Source of the DNA: an uncultured delta proteobacterium
GTDB lineage: Bacteria; Myxococcota_A; Polyangia; Palsa-1104
Length of the DNA stretch: 23,819 bases
Reading direction: 5' to 3'
Assembly: GCA_963785725.1 (NCBI GenBank)
Contig: CAWAWS010000044.1
Location: 1-23,819, forward strand
Shown: positions 1 to 8,887 of the stretch, piece by piece
Layout: each line of letters opens with the position of its first letter
Position numbering within the stretch: position 1 is the stretch's first letter
The notes under the pieces: model-generated
What the model saw: only the letters and a program-made list of their open reading frames with translations
The model's database searches: none
What the model was told of the DNA's origin: nothing
Position numbers and translations under genes: made by a program

Positions 1-288
1 ATCGAAAGCGGAATCAAGCCCGAAGAGTGGCGCAATGTGGATTTCATGGAAGGCGCGGGATGCTTCGAATGCGGCGGCACCGGCTTCCGTGGGCGTACCG
101 CAATTCACGAATTACTGGACCTGAGTGACCACATCCGAGAACTGATTCTCGACCGGCGTCCCGCGTCGGAGATCAAACGTCTGGCTCGCGAAGAGGGGAT
201 GACTTTTCTGCGCGAATCGGCCGTGGAGAAAGCGCGCATGGGCGTGACGACGTTGCGTGAAATCAACAAGGTGACCTTCATCGAATGA
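1..288 (+). CDS. pilB: PilB/GspE family type IV pilus / type II secretion ATPase, C-terminal fragment (5' end outside window)
   Basis: Frame open from base 1. GAGCFECGGTGFRGRTAIHELL (CxxC-GxG-RGR) and the terminal GMTFLRESAVEKARMGVTTLREINKVT are typical of PilB/GspE C-termini. Followed by pilMNO-like genes. Confidence 0.85.
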   Translation: MESGIKPEEWRNVDFMEGAGCFECGGTGFRGRTAIHELLDLSDHIRELILDRRPASEIKRLAREEGMTFLRESAVEKARMGVTTLREINKVTFIE

Positions 289-1183
289 GCCTGCTCGATT
301 CCATTCAATCGCTGCTGAAGGATCCGCCGCCGGAATTTGCGTTCGAAATCTCCGTGAGCGGCATCGCGATGTCGCGCACACGCGGGCCCGCTATTCTTCA
401 GCACGCGTCATTGGCCGGGGCGTGCTTGCGCCTTCTCCGTATCAAAGAGAACATCGTGGACGTTTATGCTTTCACCGCCGCGATACGGAAGCTGATTCCC
501 GCCGCGGCGGACGCCGTACGGCGGCGCTGATCCTGCCCGATAACGCCATGCGCCTGGCCGTGCTTGAGTTCGACAATCTGCCGGAAAAGGAAGAAGAACG
601 GATGGCGCTGGTGCGTTTCCGTCTCCGAAAAACAGTACCGTTCGATGTGGATACCGCAGCCGTCTCCTACCATGTCCAGAGTGCGAACAGGGTTCTGGTA
701 GCGGTGACGCCCGCTGAAGTGATTGCCCAGTATGAAGCGCCTTTTCGGGCGGTTGGATTGCATCCGGGGGTCGTGATACCAGCCGCCGTGGCGTTGCTCG
801 AACTGTTGCCCGCCACTGGTTCGTATCTGGTGGCGCACCAGAATTCCGGAACCCTGGCGATCCTGGTGGTCGGTAACGGCGTCCTGACTCTGGCGCGCTC
901 GCTCGAACCCGATCATGACTCGCCCGGTAACGCAGATGGCCCCGCGCTCGACGAAATTGTCTCGAATCTCTATGCGACCCGGGTCTACGTGGAGGATCAG
1001 GCGGGGGCGCTGCCCGATCGGCTCTACCTGGCGGGCTTTGGCGCCGAATCGTCCCGCGTTGCGGCGCGGTTGTCCGGGGAGCTCGACGTCGAGGTATCCG
1101 TAGTGCATGAGGAACATCCGGGGCTGGCCGGATACCTGCGTTCCCTCACGCCGGCGACGCGGGTCCGGAAGGTGGCTGCATGA
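285..1183 (+). CDS. pilM: Type IV pilus assembly protein PilM-like (frameshifted near 420-440 and ~500)
   Basis: ATGA overlap with pilB. ORFs 285..530 and 422..1183 join into one protein (DPPPEFAFEIS...IKENIVD...TAALILPD...LVRFRLRKTVPFD...IAQYEAPFRAVGLHPG). Lies directly upstream of pilN. Confidence 0.7.
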
Positions 1184-1746
1184 GATTGCCGCTGAATTTG
1201 GCACGCGAACCGATGCGGCGGGATCGGCCTATGCTGATCGCGTCGGCGGCAGTGGGAGTTCTTCTGTGCGTTTCGCTCACCGCGCTGGCCGGACTTGCGG
1301 TTGCCGACAGGCGAAGCATGGATGAGTCTCGCCGAGTGATCGCGCAGGTGCAGGCGCAGATGGCGAAGCTCAACACTGCCCAGGCGCAGATTGATGCGCA
1401 AATGCGACTGCCGGAGAACATCGGTGTGCTCGACCGCAGCGTCCTGTTCAATATTCTGATTCGGCGAAAGGCCATCAGCTGGACGAAGATTTTCTCGGAT
1501 CTGGAGTCCGTTCTGCCGCATAACGTGCGGATCGTTTCCATCCGGCCTCAGCTCAACGCCAGATATGAGCTTTCTCTCGACATGGTAGTGGCATCGGAAT
1601 CGCCCGAACCGGCCATTGATTTTGTGGCGAAGCTGGAAGGCTCGGACCTGTTCGGAGACGTGACCCAGACTTCGCAGATTCCGCCTACTCAAAACGACCC
1701 GTATTTTCGCTGTCAGCTGACGGTGACCTATGACCAGAAACTATAG
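1180..1746 (+). CDS. pilN: PilN domain fimbrial assembly protein
   Basis: N-terminal LNLA motif, one TM helix, coiled coil, then ISWTKIFSDLESVLPHNVRIVSI, typical of PilN. ATGA overlap with pilM. Confidence 0.8.
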   Translation: MRLPLNLAREPMRRDRPMLIASAAVGVLLCVSLTALAGLAVADRRSMDESRRVIAQVQAQMAKLNTAQAQIDAQMRLPENIGVLDRSVLFNILIRRKAISWTKIFSDLESVLPHNVRIVSIRPQLNARYELSLDMVVASESPEPAIDFVAKLEGSDLFGDVTQTSQIPPTQNDPYFRCQLTVTYDQKL

Positions 1747-1785
1747 CCGCGCCACGGTAGCAGGCGTAGGGGGTGGTGCGCTCCG

Positions 1786-2367
1786 ATGACCAGGCCGCAA
1801 ATCGATTTCCGGGAACCAAAGGTACTGGTTCGTGCCGCCCTGGGCTTGCTGCTGTTGGCGAACCTGGTCGCCGCGATGTTCGCGTTTCATCTGTTCGGCG
1901 ATTCACCCGCCGACCTTGACACGCAATTAACGGCTGCCCGCGCTGGTTTCCGCGCGGCCCAACTCCGCCTCAACAAGAGCCGGACTCTGACCGGCAACAT
2001 GGAACTCAGCAGAGAAGAGGGCGATAAATTCCTCGCGGCCTACATGACGACTCGCCGCCACACTTTCTCCACCATTGACGGCGAGATCAACAAGCTCGCG
2101 GGCACTTCCGGTATGAAGGTGGGCAACTGGAACTACTCGCTGCTCGATCCAATCGAAGGCAGTGGAGATCTGGACACGCTGACGATTACCGCGAACTTTG
2201 AAGGAGGCTATGCGCAACTGGTGAAGTTCGTCAACATGCTCGACCGCTCACCGCGGTTCCTGTTGATCGACAGCCTTCAGGTCGCGCCGCAGCCAAAGGG
2301 CGACATACTCAACGCCACGGTTAAACTGAACACGTTCGTGAAGGACGATACAGGGGGCGCACAGTGA
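1786..2367 (+). CDS. pilO: PilO/GspM-like inner-membrane assembly protein
   Basis: N-terminal TM helix, coiled coil, C-terminal FEGGYAQLVKFVNMLDRSPRFLLIDSL typical of PilO. The true start may be ATG 1730 with a frameshift near 1785. Confidence 0.75.
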   Translation: MTRPQIDFREPKVLVRAALGLLLLANLVAAMFAFHLFGDSPADLDTQLTAARAGFRAAQLRLNKSRTLTGNMELSREEGDKFLAAYMTTRRHTFSTIDGEINKLAGTSGMKVGNWNYSLLDPIEGSGDLDTLTITANFEGGYAQLVKFVNMLDRSPRFLLIDSLQVAPQPKGDILNATVKLNTFVKDDTGGAQ

Positions 2368-3053
2368 ACCTTGGTGCGGAACCAAAGAAAGTTGCGCTGC
2401 TCGGCGTTCTGATCGCGGTCGTTGCCGGAAGAGCGATCTACATGAACATGGGAGATTCCACCCCAACGCCCGCTCCACGCGCCGCGTCTGCCGGCGTGCC
2501 GGGTGCCGTTACTGCATTTGCTAACCCTGCCTCCGGTCGGGTACGCAGTTCAGGTCGTGCGGGCATTGCGGAATTCAGGCCGCGAGTGGGAAGCGCGCGA
2601 CCGGAAGACCACACCGATCCTGCTTCCATCAATCCTGAGTTGAGGCTGGATCTTCTCGCCAAAGTTCAGGCGGTCGAGCCCATCGAAGCGGGACGGAATC
2701 TGTTCCAGTTTGGAGCCGCTCCGGCGCCCGTCAAGCCAATGCCGGCTATGCCCAGCAACGTTCCAACAATTCCGGTCAACGTGCAGCCTTTCCGGCCGGC
2801 TGTCGCATCCAACGCAACGCCCACGACGCCGGTAGCGCCACCGATCGCTCTCAAATACTTCGGATACACGACGAAGAAAGACGGGCGAACGGTGGCTTTT
2901 CTGACGGACGGCGACGAGATCCTGCTGGTCGGGGAGAATCAAACCGTGAAGCAGCGTTACCGGATCGTGCGCATCGCCCGAACCTCTATCGTTATTGAGG
3001 ATACCCAGGCGAAGAGTACCCAGACGCTTACGCTGCAGGAGATAGCGAGCTGA
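2364..3053 (+). CDS. Hypothetical membrane-anchored protein in the PilP/GspC position of the pilus operon
   Basis: GTGA overlap with pilO. N-terminal TM helix, GRNLFQF motif, Pro-rich linker, C-terminal beta-rich domain (LKYFGY...AFLTDGDEILLVGENQTVKQRYRIVRI). Confidence 0.65.
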   Translation: MNLGAEPKKVALLGVLIAVVAGRAIYMNMGDSTPTPAPRAASAGVPGAVTAFANPASGRVRSSGRAGIAEFRPRVGSARPEDHTDPASINPELRLDLLAKVQAVEPIEAGRNLFQFGAAPAPVKPMPAMPSNVPTIPVNVQPFRPAVASNATPTTPVAPPIALKYFGYTTKKDGRTVAFLTDGDEILLVGENQTVKQRYRIVRIARTSIVIEDTQAKSTQTLTLQEIAS

Positions 3054-4146
3054 ATGGATGCTATGAACCACAAGAATGGCACAGCGGCCAACCGCGAATC
3101 GGGATATGCCCTGCTTCTGGTGTTCGCCATGGCGGCCATTCTGGCTATCAGCCTTTACACGCAGATACCGAAGACTGAATTTGAGGCTCAGCGCGATAAG
3201 GAACAGCTGCTCATGGATCGCGGTCATGAGTATACGCGCGCGATCACTCTCTTTGTGCATAAATTCAATCGGTTTCCCGCCTCAATGGAGGAGCTGGAGA
3301 ATACCAATAATCTCAGGTTCCTGCGCGCCCGTTACCCCGACCCGATGACGGGTAAAACAGACTGGAGGATACTTCATGCCGGCCCCGGTGGGGCAATAAC
3401 GGACTCAATCTTAAATGTCAAGAAGCCCGATGGGTCCGGTTCTTCGCCGGGCCTGGTAACTATAATGCAGATGTTTGGCAGTCAGGCAACAGGCGATCCG
3501 GAAGGGGTCAACCTGGCGGCGCGACGCCGCGCCAGCGATCAGCCAGGCGCCGCCGGCGATCCGAATAACGGAGGCGGTACGGGCGGAGATGCGAATTCCC
3601 AGCCCGGAAGCTCGGGCTACAACGGACCCGTTATGGTATTACCCAATGGGCAGATTGTCCCCGCGAGCACCTCGGGAGCTCCGCCCAGCCCCTTTCAGAA
3701 TGCAGGGACGGCTCAGACTGGAACGTCTCAGAACAACGCGGGCGCACCGCTGCCCAGCGGCGTGGCCGTCCAGCAGGGTTCGCAGAATACGTCGAATACC
3801 CCGAATACACCGGCACTGCCTTCGCAGTTTGGCCCATCCAACGGCGCTGCTAACCTGATCAATCAGATTCTGACATCGCCGAGGCCGGGAGGACTGAACG
3901 GACTTGGTGGGCAGGGCGCGAGTGCCCAGGGTGCTCCTTTGACAACGGGTCCAGCCGGAACATCCGTAGCTGGTCCCTCAGCTGCCACCGCGCCGCAACA
4001 GCAGGTTATTGGCGCTGGATTGGCGGGCGTTGCCAGCAAGCGCGAGCAGGAAGGCATCAAGACGTACAACGACCGCACGAAATATAACGAGTGGGAGTTT
4101 GTCTACGACGTTACTAAGGACCCGACGAAAGTGGCACAGATGCCCA
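3054..4146 (+). CDS. Type II secretion / type IV minor pseudopilin-like protein, truncated at a sequence junction
   Basis: Class III signal RESG|YALLLVFAMAAIL, RFLRARYPDPMTG motif, long Gly/Ser/Pro/Gln-rich insert, then GVASK...YNEWEFVYD. After ~4146 the frame only reads the antisense of an unrelated gene. Confidence 0.7.
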
Positions 4147-4419
4147 GGACGCGTGGTCGCGCGGCGGCGTGGCGATGTCGACGAAGTCGAGCGCCTTCTC
4201 GCCGGCGAACAGCGCCGCCGCGTCTTCGTAGATCCGCGCCTGCGGCAAGAGCCGGCGCGCCAGCTCACGGCGCGGCGCGCACAGATCGGCGACGGCGGCA
4301 ATCCTGAAGTCGCGCCGCGCCGAATAGGCCGGCAGGTGACCCTGCTCGGCGATGAAGCCGAAGCCGATGAGCGCGCCCTGCCGAACGGGCGCCGACTGCG
4401 TGGATTCGCTAGCTGTCAT
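4147..4419 (-). CDS. Gfo/Idh/MocA family oxidoreductase, N-terminal ~90 aa only (truncated at junction)
   Basis: From ATG 4419: GALIGFGFIAEQGHLPAY...IAAVAD...LDFVDIATPPRDHA, a Rossmann-fold N-terminus of this family. Similarity ends abruptly at ~4150. Confidence 0.8.
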
Positions 4420-4888
4420 TCGTCGTCGCCAATGAACGCCTTCGCCAAACTGCAAGACCGACTGAAAGAGATCCACGCGTCGCGTGGTCGAGCGTGACTG
4501 ACCGTAAGCAATTCAAGCTGGGCACCCGCGCGGGGCTGAGCAGTCTTCGTGCCAACTACGTCGAGAGCGCGCGCGACGAGCCGAGTGTGCGGCGCCTCTC
4601 AATCGGCGCGGGCGCGCGATCCGTAAGCGGCTGCTATTGCACGAGCGCGACGCGACGCGCGGTCGTGCTCGCCGAGATCGCGAATCGTCGACGGGCGCGC
4701 GGCAGCCGGCGACGCGCGTCGAGACTATGACAGGGGTGTCCTATTTCAACCATTTCTGAGGGTGACCGTCGCGATTTCCAACAGTGCGCGGCCGACGACA
4801 CGACGTGATCCGCGCGCTCGACAGTGCAGTCGCGGACGGCATTTAGGCTGAGACGAGGTTGTCGCCAGCGAGGTTCCAGCTTTTGGAC

Positions 4889-4914
4889 TGCAATCGTTCG
4901 CCCCTTCGATTGCA
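4889..4914. promoter_or_regulatory. Palindrome TGCAATCG-N10-CGATTGCA, candidate enhancer (UAS) for the sigma54 promoter at 5038
   Basis: Perfect 8-bp inverted repeat about 160 bp upstream of the predicted TSS (~5064). Confidence 0.4.
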
Positions 4915-5037
4915 CTCGCGACTGACGTCGTCATTCGCCGCAACTGATGAGCCGCCGCCGCTCAGCCGCTGAGCCTGGCCGTCTCATTTGCCGTCGCTGC
5001 GACCGCAAGTCTTCAATCATTTCGCGGCCTCGACGAG

Positions 5038-5053
5038 TGGCCAATCGATTGCA
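5038..5053 (+). promoter_or_regulatory. Sigma54 (-24/-12) promoter
   Basis: TGGCCAATCGATTGCA has exact GG-N10-GC spacing. It lies 42 bp before ATG 5096, which has a GGGGAG RBS. Confidence 0.7.
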
Positions 5054-5095
5054 ATCGCCGGATTGCGCACGCCAACTTCAACTTAGGGGAGCCTC

Positions 5096-6124
5096 ATGAA
5101 CCGAGCTTTGCGACAGATGCTGAATGCGGGATTGCTGTTTGGGCTGACGACGACGGGCGCCATCGGCTGTGACAACGGCGCGCCCGGCGACGACAACAGC
5201 GGCAGCGCCTCGGAAGTCGCCACCAGCGTCGTGAGCGGCGCGCTCAACAACACGAGCGGCGCCACCGTCGGCTGGAACGACGTGCCGCGGACGCGTCCGT
5301 CGATCTTCGAGCGCGCCGTCGAGCAGCTGAGCCCGATCGCGATCGCGCACGCCGCGACCTGGATGTGCAGCGGCGGCAGCTTGAGCCCGACGTTCGACGG
5401 CGCCGCCGGCAATCCCTACACGTTCACGCCGGTCAGCTGCAGCGTCGATTGGCGCAACGGCAAGAGCGCGTCGTCGAAGTGGTCGGGCGCGTTCACGCTC
5501 GACTACGGCGCCAGCTGCGACGCGCAGCACGCGCGGCTCGCCGATCAGGCCGGCGGCTGCACGTTGACGCGCACGACGGCGAGCGGCGGCAACACGCGCA
5601 CGATCACCGGCCCCGACGGCAACGCCTACGCCGTCACGCACGACACCAACGGCGCCGGCACGGGCTGGGACGCGACCGTGTCGCCCGCGCCCAGCAACGG
5701 CGGCGTCGTCGCCACCTGCGCGACGGCGGGCTGCACGAGCGGCCGCAGCCTCGTCATCAGCGGCAGCCACTTGACGGGTACGGAGACGCCGCACGGCGGC
5801 GCGGCCAAGACCATTTGGGACCACACCGTGTCGACGGGCGCGCAAGGGTTGACGGTCGTCGAATCGGCCGCCGGGCGCGTCGTCTCGGGCGCGGTCACCG
5901 TCGAGCACAACCTGCGCAAGTACACGGCCACGGCCACGTTCAACGACGTCGGCTACAGCGAGCCCGGCTGCTGCTTCCCGACCTCGGGCAGCGTGACCTC
6001 GACGTACGAGGACGGCGCCAAGTCGCGCACCGAGTCGCTGACGTTCAGCGCCATCTGCGGCGAAGCGACGTTCACCAACGCCGACGGCCAGACGAGCGCG
6101 CTCACGCTGCAGCACTGCCTCTGA
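5096..6124 (+). CDS. Putative lipoprotein, beta-rich, Cys-containing, unknown function
   Basis: RBS, signal peptide ending AIG|C (lipobox-like), Thr/Gly/Ser-rich extracellular composition, multiple Cys, strong GC3 codon bias. Confidence 0.8.
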   Translation: MNRALRQMLNAGLLFGLTTTGAIGCDNGAPGDDNSGSASEVATSVVSGALNNTSGATVGWNDVPRTRPSIFERAVEQLSPIAIAHAATWMCSGGSLSPTFDGAAGNPYTFTPVSCSVDWRNGKSASSKWSGAFTLDYGASCDAQHARLADQAGGCTLTRTTASGGNTRTITGPDGNAYAVTHDTNGAGTGWDATVSPAPSNGGVVATCATAGCTSGRSLVISGSHLTGTETPHGGAAKTIWDHTVSTGAQGLTVVESAAGRVVSGAVTVEHNLRKYTATATFNDVGYSEPGCCFPTSGSVTSTYEDGAKSRTESLTFSAICGEATFTNADGQTSALTLQHCL

Positions 6125-6266
6125 CCGTCGTCAGGCCGCACGCCGGCACCCTCCTCGCCTGACGCCGTCGCGTCAACGATTTCCGCGCACGCTAAATTTG
6201 TTTGCGCGAAATTAACATTCCGCCGAATTCGCGCAAGATATCAATCGAACGGGAACAACGCCGCCG

Positions 6267-7798
6267 TTGCTCTCGTCTCTAATCGACCGTCAGCGATCCT
6301 TCTTGTCCACAGGCCGCCACATACTCAGCTCCTTTTTTGCCTGCCTCGTCGCCTGTGCGCTCGTCGTGGCCGTGCTCTTCGGCGCCGCGACCGCGCACGC
6401 CCAAGCCGCGCCGCCGGCGCCGCACGAGGAGACCGCGTTCGACTTCATGACGCTGCTGTCGCGCTACGGCCTGCACGACCTCGACGACGAGCGCTGGAAC
6501 GTCTACGGCCAGTTCACCTACATCTCGAGCTGGAAGCTGGCCTTCACCGCGCCGTACACGAACGCCAACGGCAGCACCAACTCGCTCTTACCCGACGCAG
6601 AGCGCAGCTTCACCGGCTCGTTCACGCTCTTCTTCGGCCTGCGGCTGTGGCACGGCGCCGAGGTCTACGTCGTGCCCGAGGTCATCTCCGAGCGGCCGCT
6701 GTCGGGGCTGCACGGCATCGGCGGCGCCATCCAGAACTTCGAGCTGCAAAAGACCGGCTCCGAGACGCCGCAGCTCTATCGCGTCGCGCACGTTCTTGCG
6801 GCAGACGTTCGACCTCGGCGGCGGCCGCGTCGACAAAGAGTCCGACCCGATGCAGCTCGGCGCCGTCGTCGACCGCCGCCGCCTCGTGCTGACGCTCGGC
6901 AACTTCACGATCCTCGACTTCTTCGACAAGAACTCGGTCACCGGCGATCCGCGCCAGACGTTCTTCAACATGGCGTTCATGACCCACGCGTCGTGGGATT
7001 TCCCGTCCGACGCGCGCGGCTATTCGTGGGGCGGCACGGCCGAGCTCTACTGGGACGACTGGGCGCTGCGCATCGGCCGCATCACGCCGCCGCAGAATCC
7101 GAACCAGCTGCGCGACCGACTTTCGCATCTGGGAGTATCTACGGCGACCAGCTCGAGCTGCGAGCACGACCACAAGCTGCTGGGGCAGGCCGGCGCCGTG
7201 CGCCTGCTCGGCTACCGCAACCACGTCGACACCGGCCGCTTCGCCGACGCCATCGCCGCGTTCGAGGCCAACCCGGCCAAGAACGCCGCCGACTGCACCA
7301 GCTTCAACTACGGCTCGGGGAACGCCACCGCGCCCGATCTGTGCTGGGTGCGCCGGCCCGAACGTCAAGCTGGGCATCGGCCTCAACCTCGAGCAGTACG
7401 TCACCGACGACATCGGCGTGTTCTTCCGCGGGATGTACTCGGACGGCCAGACCGAGGTCGACGCCTATCAACTCCGCCGACCGCTCGCTCTCCGTCGGCG
7501 TCGTGGCCAAAGGCACGCTGTGGCGCCGCCCGCTTCGACGTCACCGGCATCGGCTTCGGCATGAGCTGGATATCGCGACATCCACGCCCAGTACCTGGCG
7601 ATGGGCGGCGTCGACGGCTTCGTCGGCGACGGCCAGCTGCGGCAGGCCGGCGAAGGCGTCGTCGAAGGCTTCTACAGCGTGAACCTGCTCAAGGCGATCT
7701 GGCTCGCCGCCGACTACCAGTTCCTCTGGAACCCGGGCTTCAACGCCGACCGCGGTCCCGTCCACATCCTCGGCGCGAAGGTGCATGCCGAGTTCTGA
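6267..7798 (+). CDS. OprB-family carbohydrate porin / high-affinity Mn2+ porin (MnoP)-like; multiple frameshifts
   Basis: Pieces across frames: WNVYGQFTYI...TGSFTLFFGLRLWHGAEVYVVPEV...LRQTFDLGG...TLGNFTILDFFDKN...WDFPSDARGYSWG...GINLEQYVTDDIGVFFR...GFVGDGQL...EGFYS...DYQFLWNPGFNADRGPVHILGAKVHAEF, ending in Phe as OM barrels do. Signal peptide ends AHA. Start codon uncertain. Confidence 0.8.
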
Positions 7799-8764
7799 CG
7801 TGCACGCGACGCGGCGCGCCTCGTCTTCGCGGTCGCGCTGGCGGCGTGCGGCGTGTTGCGGCGGGCCGGCGCGCGCAGCAGACGACGGCGCAGGGCTTCG
7901 CGGTCGAGCGGCTGTACCCGTCGGCGCCGGGCGGCGGCTGGTTCGTCATGGACGCCCTCGACATGCACGGCGGCCTCGGCGGCGCGCTCTCGTCACGCTC
8001 GGCTATGCCGGCGAATCCGCTGGTCGTGCGCGACGGCGGCCAACGCCTGGCCGTCGTCTCCGACCAGGCCATCGCCGACTTCGGCTTCGCGGTCACCTAC
8101 GATCGCTGGCGCTTCTACATCAACCTCGACTTGCCGTTGGCGACCATGGGACAGAGCGGCAGCCAGCGACGGGTACGTCATCACGGCGCCGTCCGTGACC
8201 TGGGCTCGCATCCCGACAGCGTGGCGGACGCGCGCCTCGGCGTCGACGTGCGCCTCTTCGGCGCGCCCGGCGGCCGCTTTCGCTTCGGCGCCAGCGCGCA
8301 GCTCTTCGTCCCCAACGGCTACCGCGCCGACTACGACAGCGACGGCACCTTCCGCGGCATGGTGCGCGCGCTCGCCGCCGGCGACTCGGGCCGCTTCGTC
8401 TACGCGGCGCAGCTCGGCGTGCACATTCGGCCGCTCGACGACGTCGCCGTTGCCCGGCTATCCGCGCGGCAGCGAGCTGCTCTTCGGCGTCGCCGGCGGC
8501 GTCAAGCTGCCGCTCGGGCGCCGCCCGCTCGTCGTCGTCATCGGCCCCGAAGTCTTCGGCGCCAGCGCCTTTCGCGCCTTCTTCGGCGCGCAGACGACGG
8601 CGCTCGAGGCGCTGGCCGGCGCGCGCCTCGAAGGCACCGGCGACCGCGGCCTGCAATGGCGCGCCAAGCTCGGCATCGGCGGCGGCCTCGACGCCCGCTT
8701 CGGCGCGCCCGAATGGCGCATCGTCGCCGGCATCGAAATCTTCGACCATCGCGCCGCACATTGA
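7785..8764 (+). CDS. Outer-membrane beta-barrel-like protein resembling the N-terminal domain of myxobacterial OmpA-family proteins; frameshifted
   Basis: Signal peptide, then QGFAVERLYPSAPGGGWF...NPLVV...DARLGVDVRLFG...QLFVPNG...GSELLFGVAGG...IGPEVFG...LEALAGARL...GGGLDARFGAPEWRIVAGIE, reconstructed across frames. Overlaps the porin stop. Confidence 0.6.
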
Positions 8765-8831
8765 CGCCTATTGCAGTCGATATCCGCCACTGCAAATGAA
8801 ACAGTCATGAATCATTTAAAGTGAGCCGCTC

Positions 8832-8860
8832 TTTATGATCGTTTGAAAAGGGTATATATT
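8832..8860 (+). promoter_or_regulatory. Possible sigma70-type promoter for the Cys-rich lipoprotein
   Basis: TTTATG-N17-TATATT in an AT-rich intergenic stretch, followed by an AAGGAG RBS and ATG 8888. Confidence 0.35.
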
Positions 8861-8887
8861 CGCGCCTCGACTAAGGAGTTACTTACG

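Noticed and set aside
1730..1789. Short ORF MTRNYSRATVAGVGGGALR between pilN and pilO
   Set aside because: More likely a frameshifted N-terminus of pilO, or noise, than a separate gene.
4147..4307. Arg-rich C-terminus of the 417-aa ORF 3054..4307
   Set aside because: It is only the antisense reading of the Gfo/Idh/MocA gene beyond the junction.
5078..6115. 345-aa minus-strand ORF and similar long shadow ORFs (e.g. 10049..11236, 12833..14131, 18263..19258, 20589..22199)
   Set aside because: Arg/Ala-rich antisense or off-frame shadows of high-GC genes, with no recognisable motifs.
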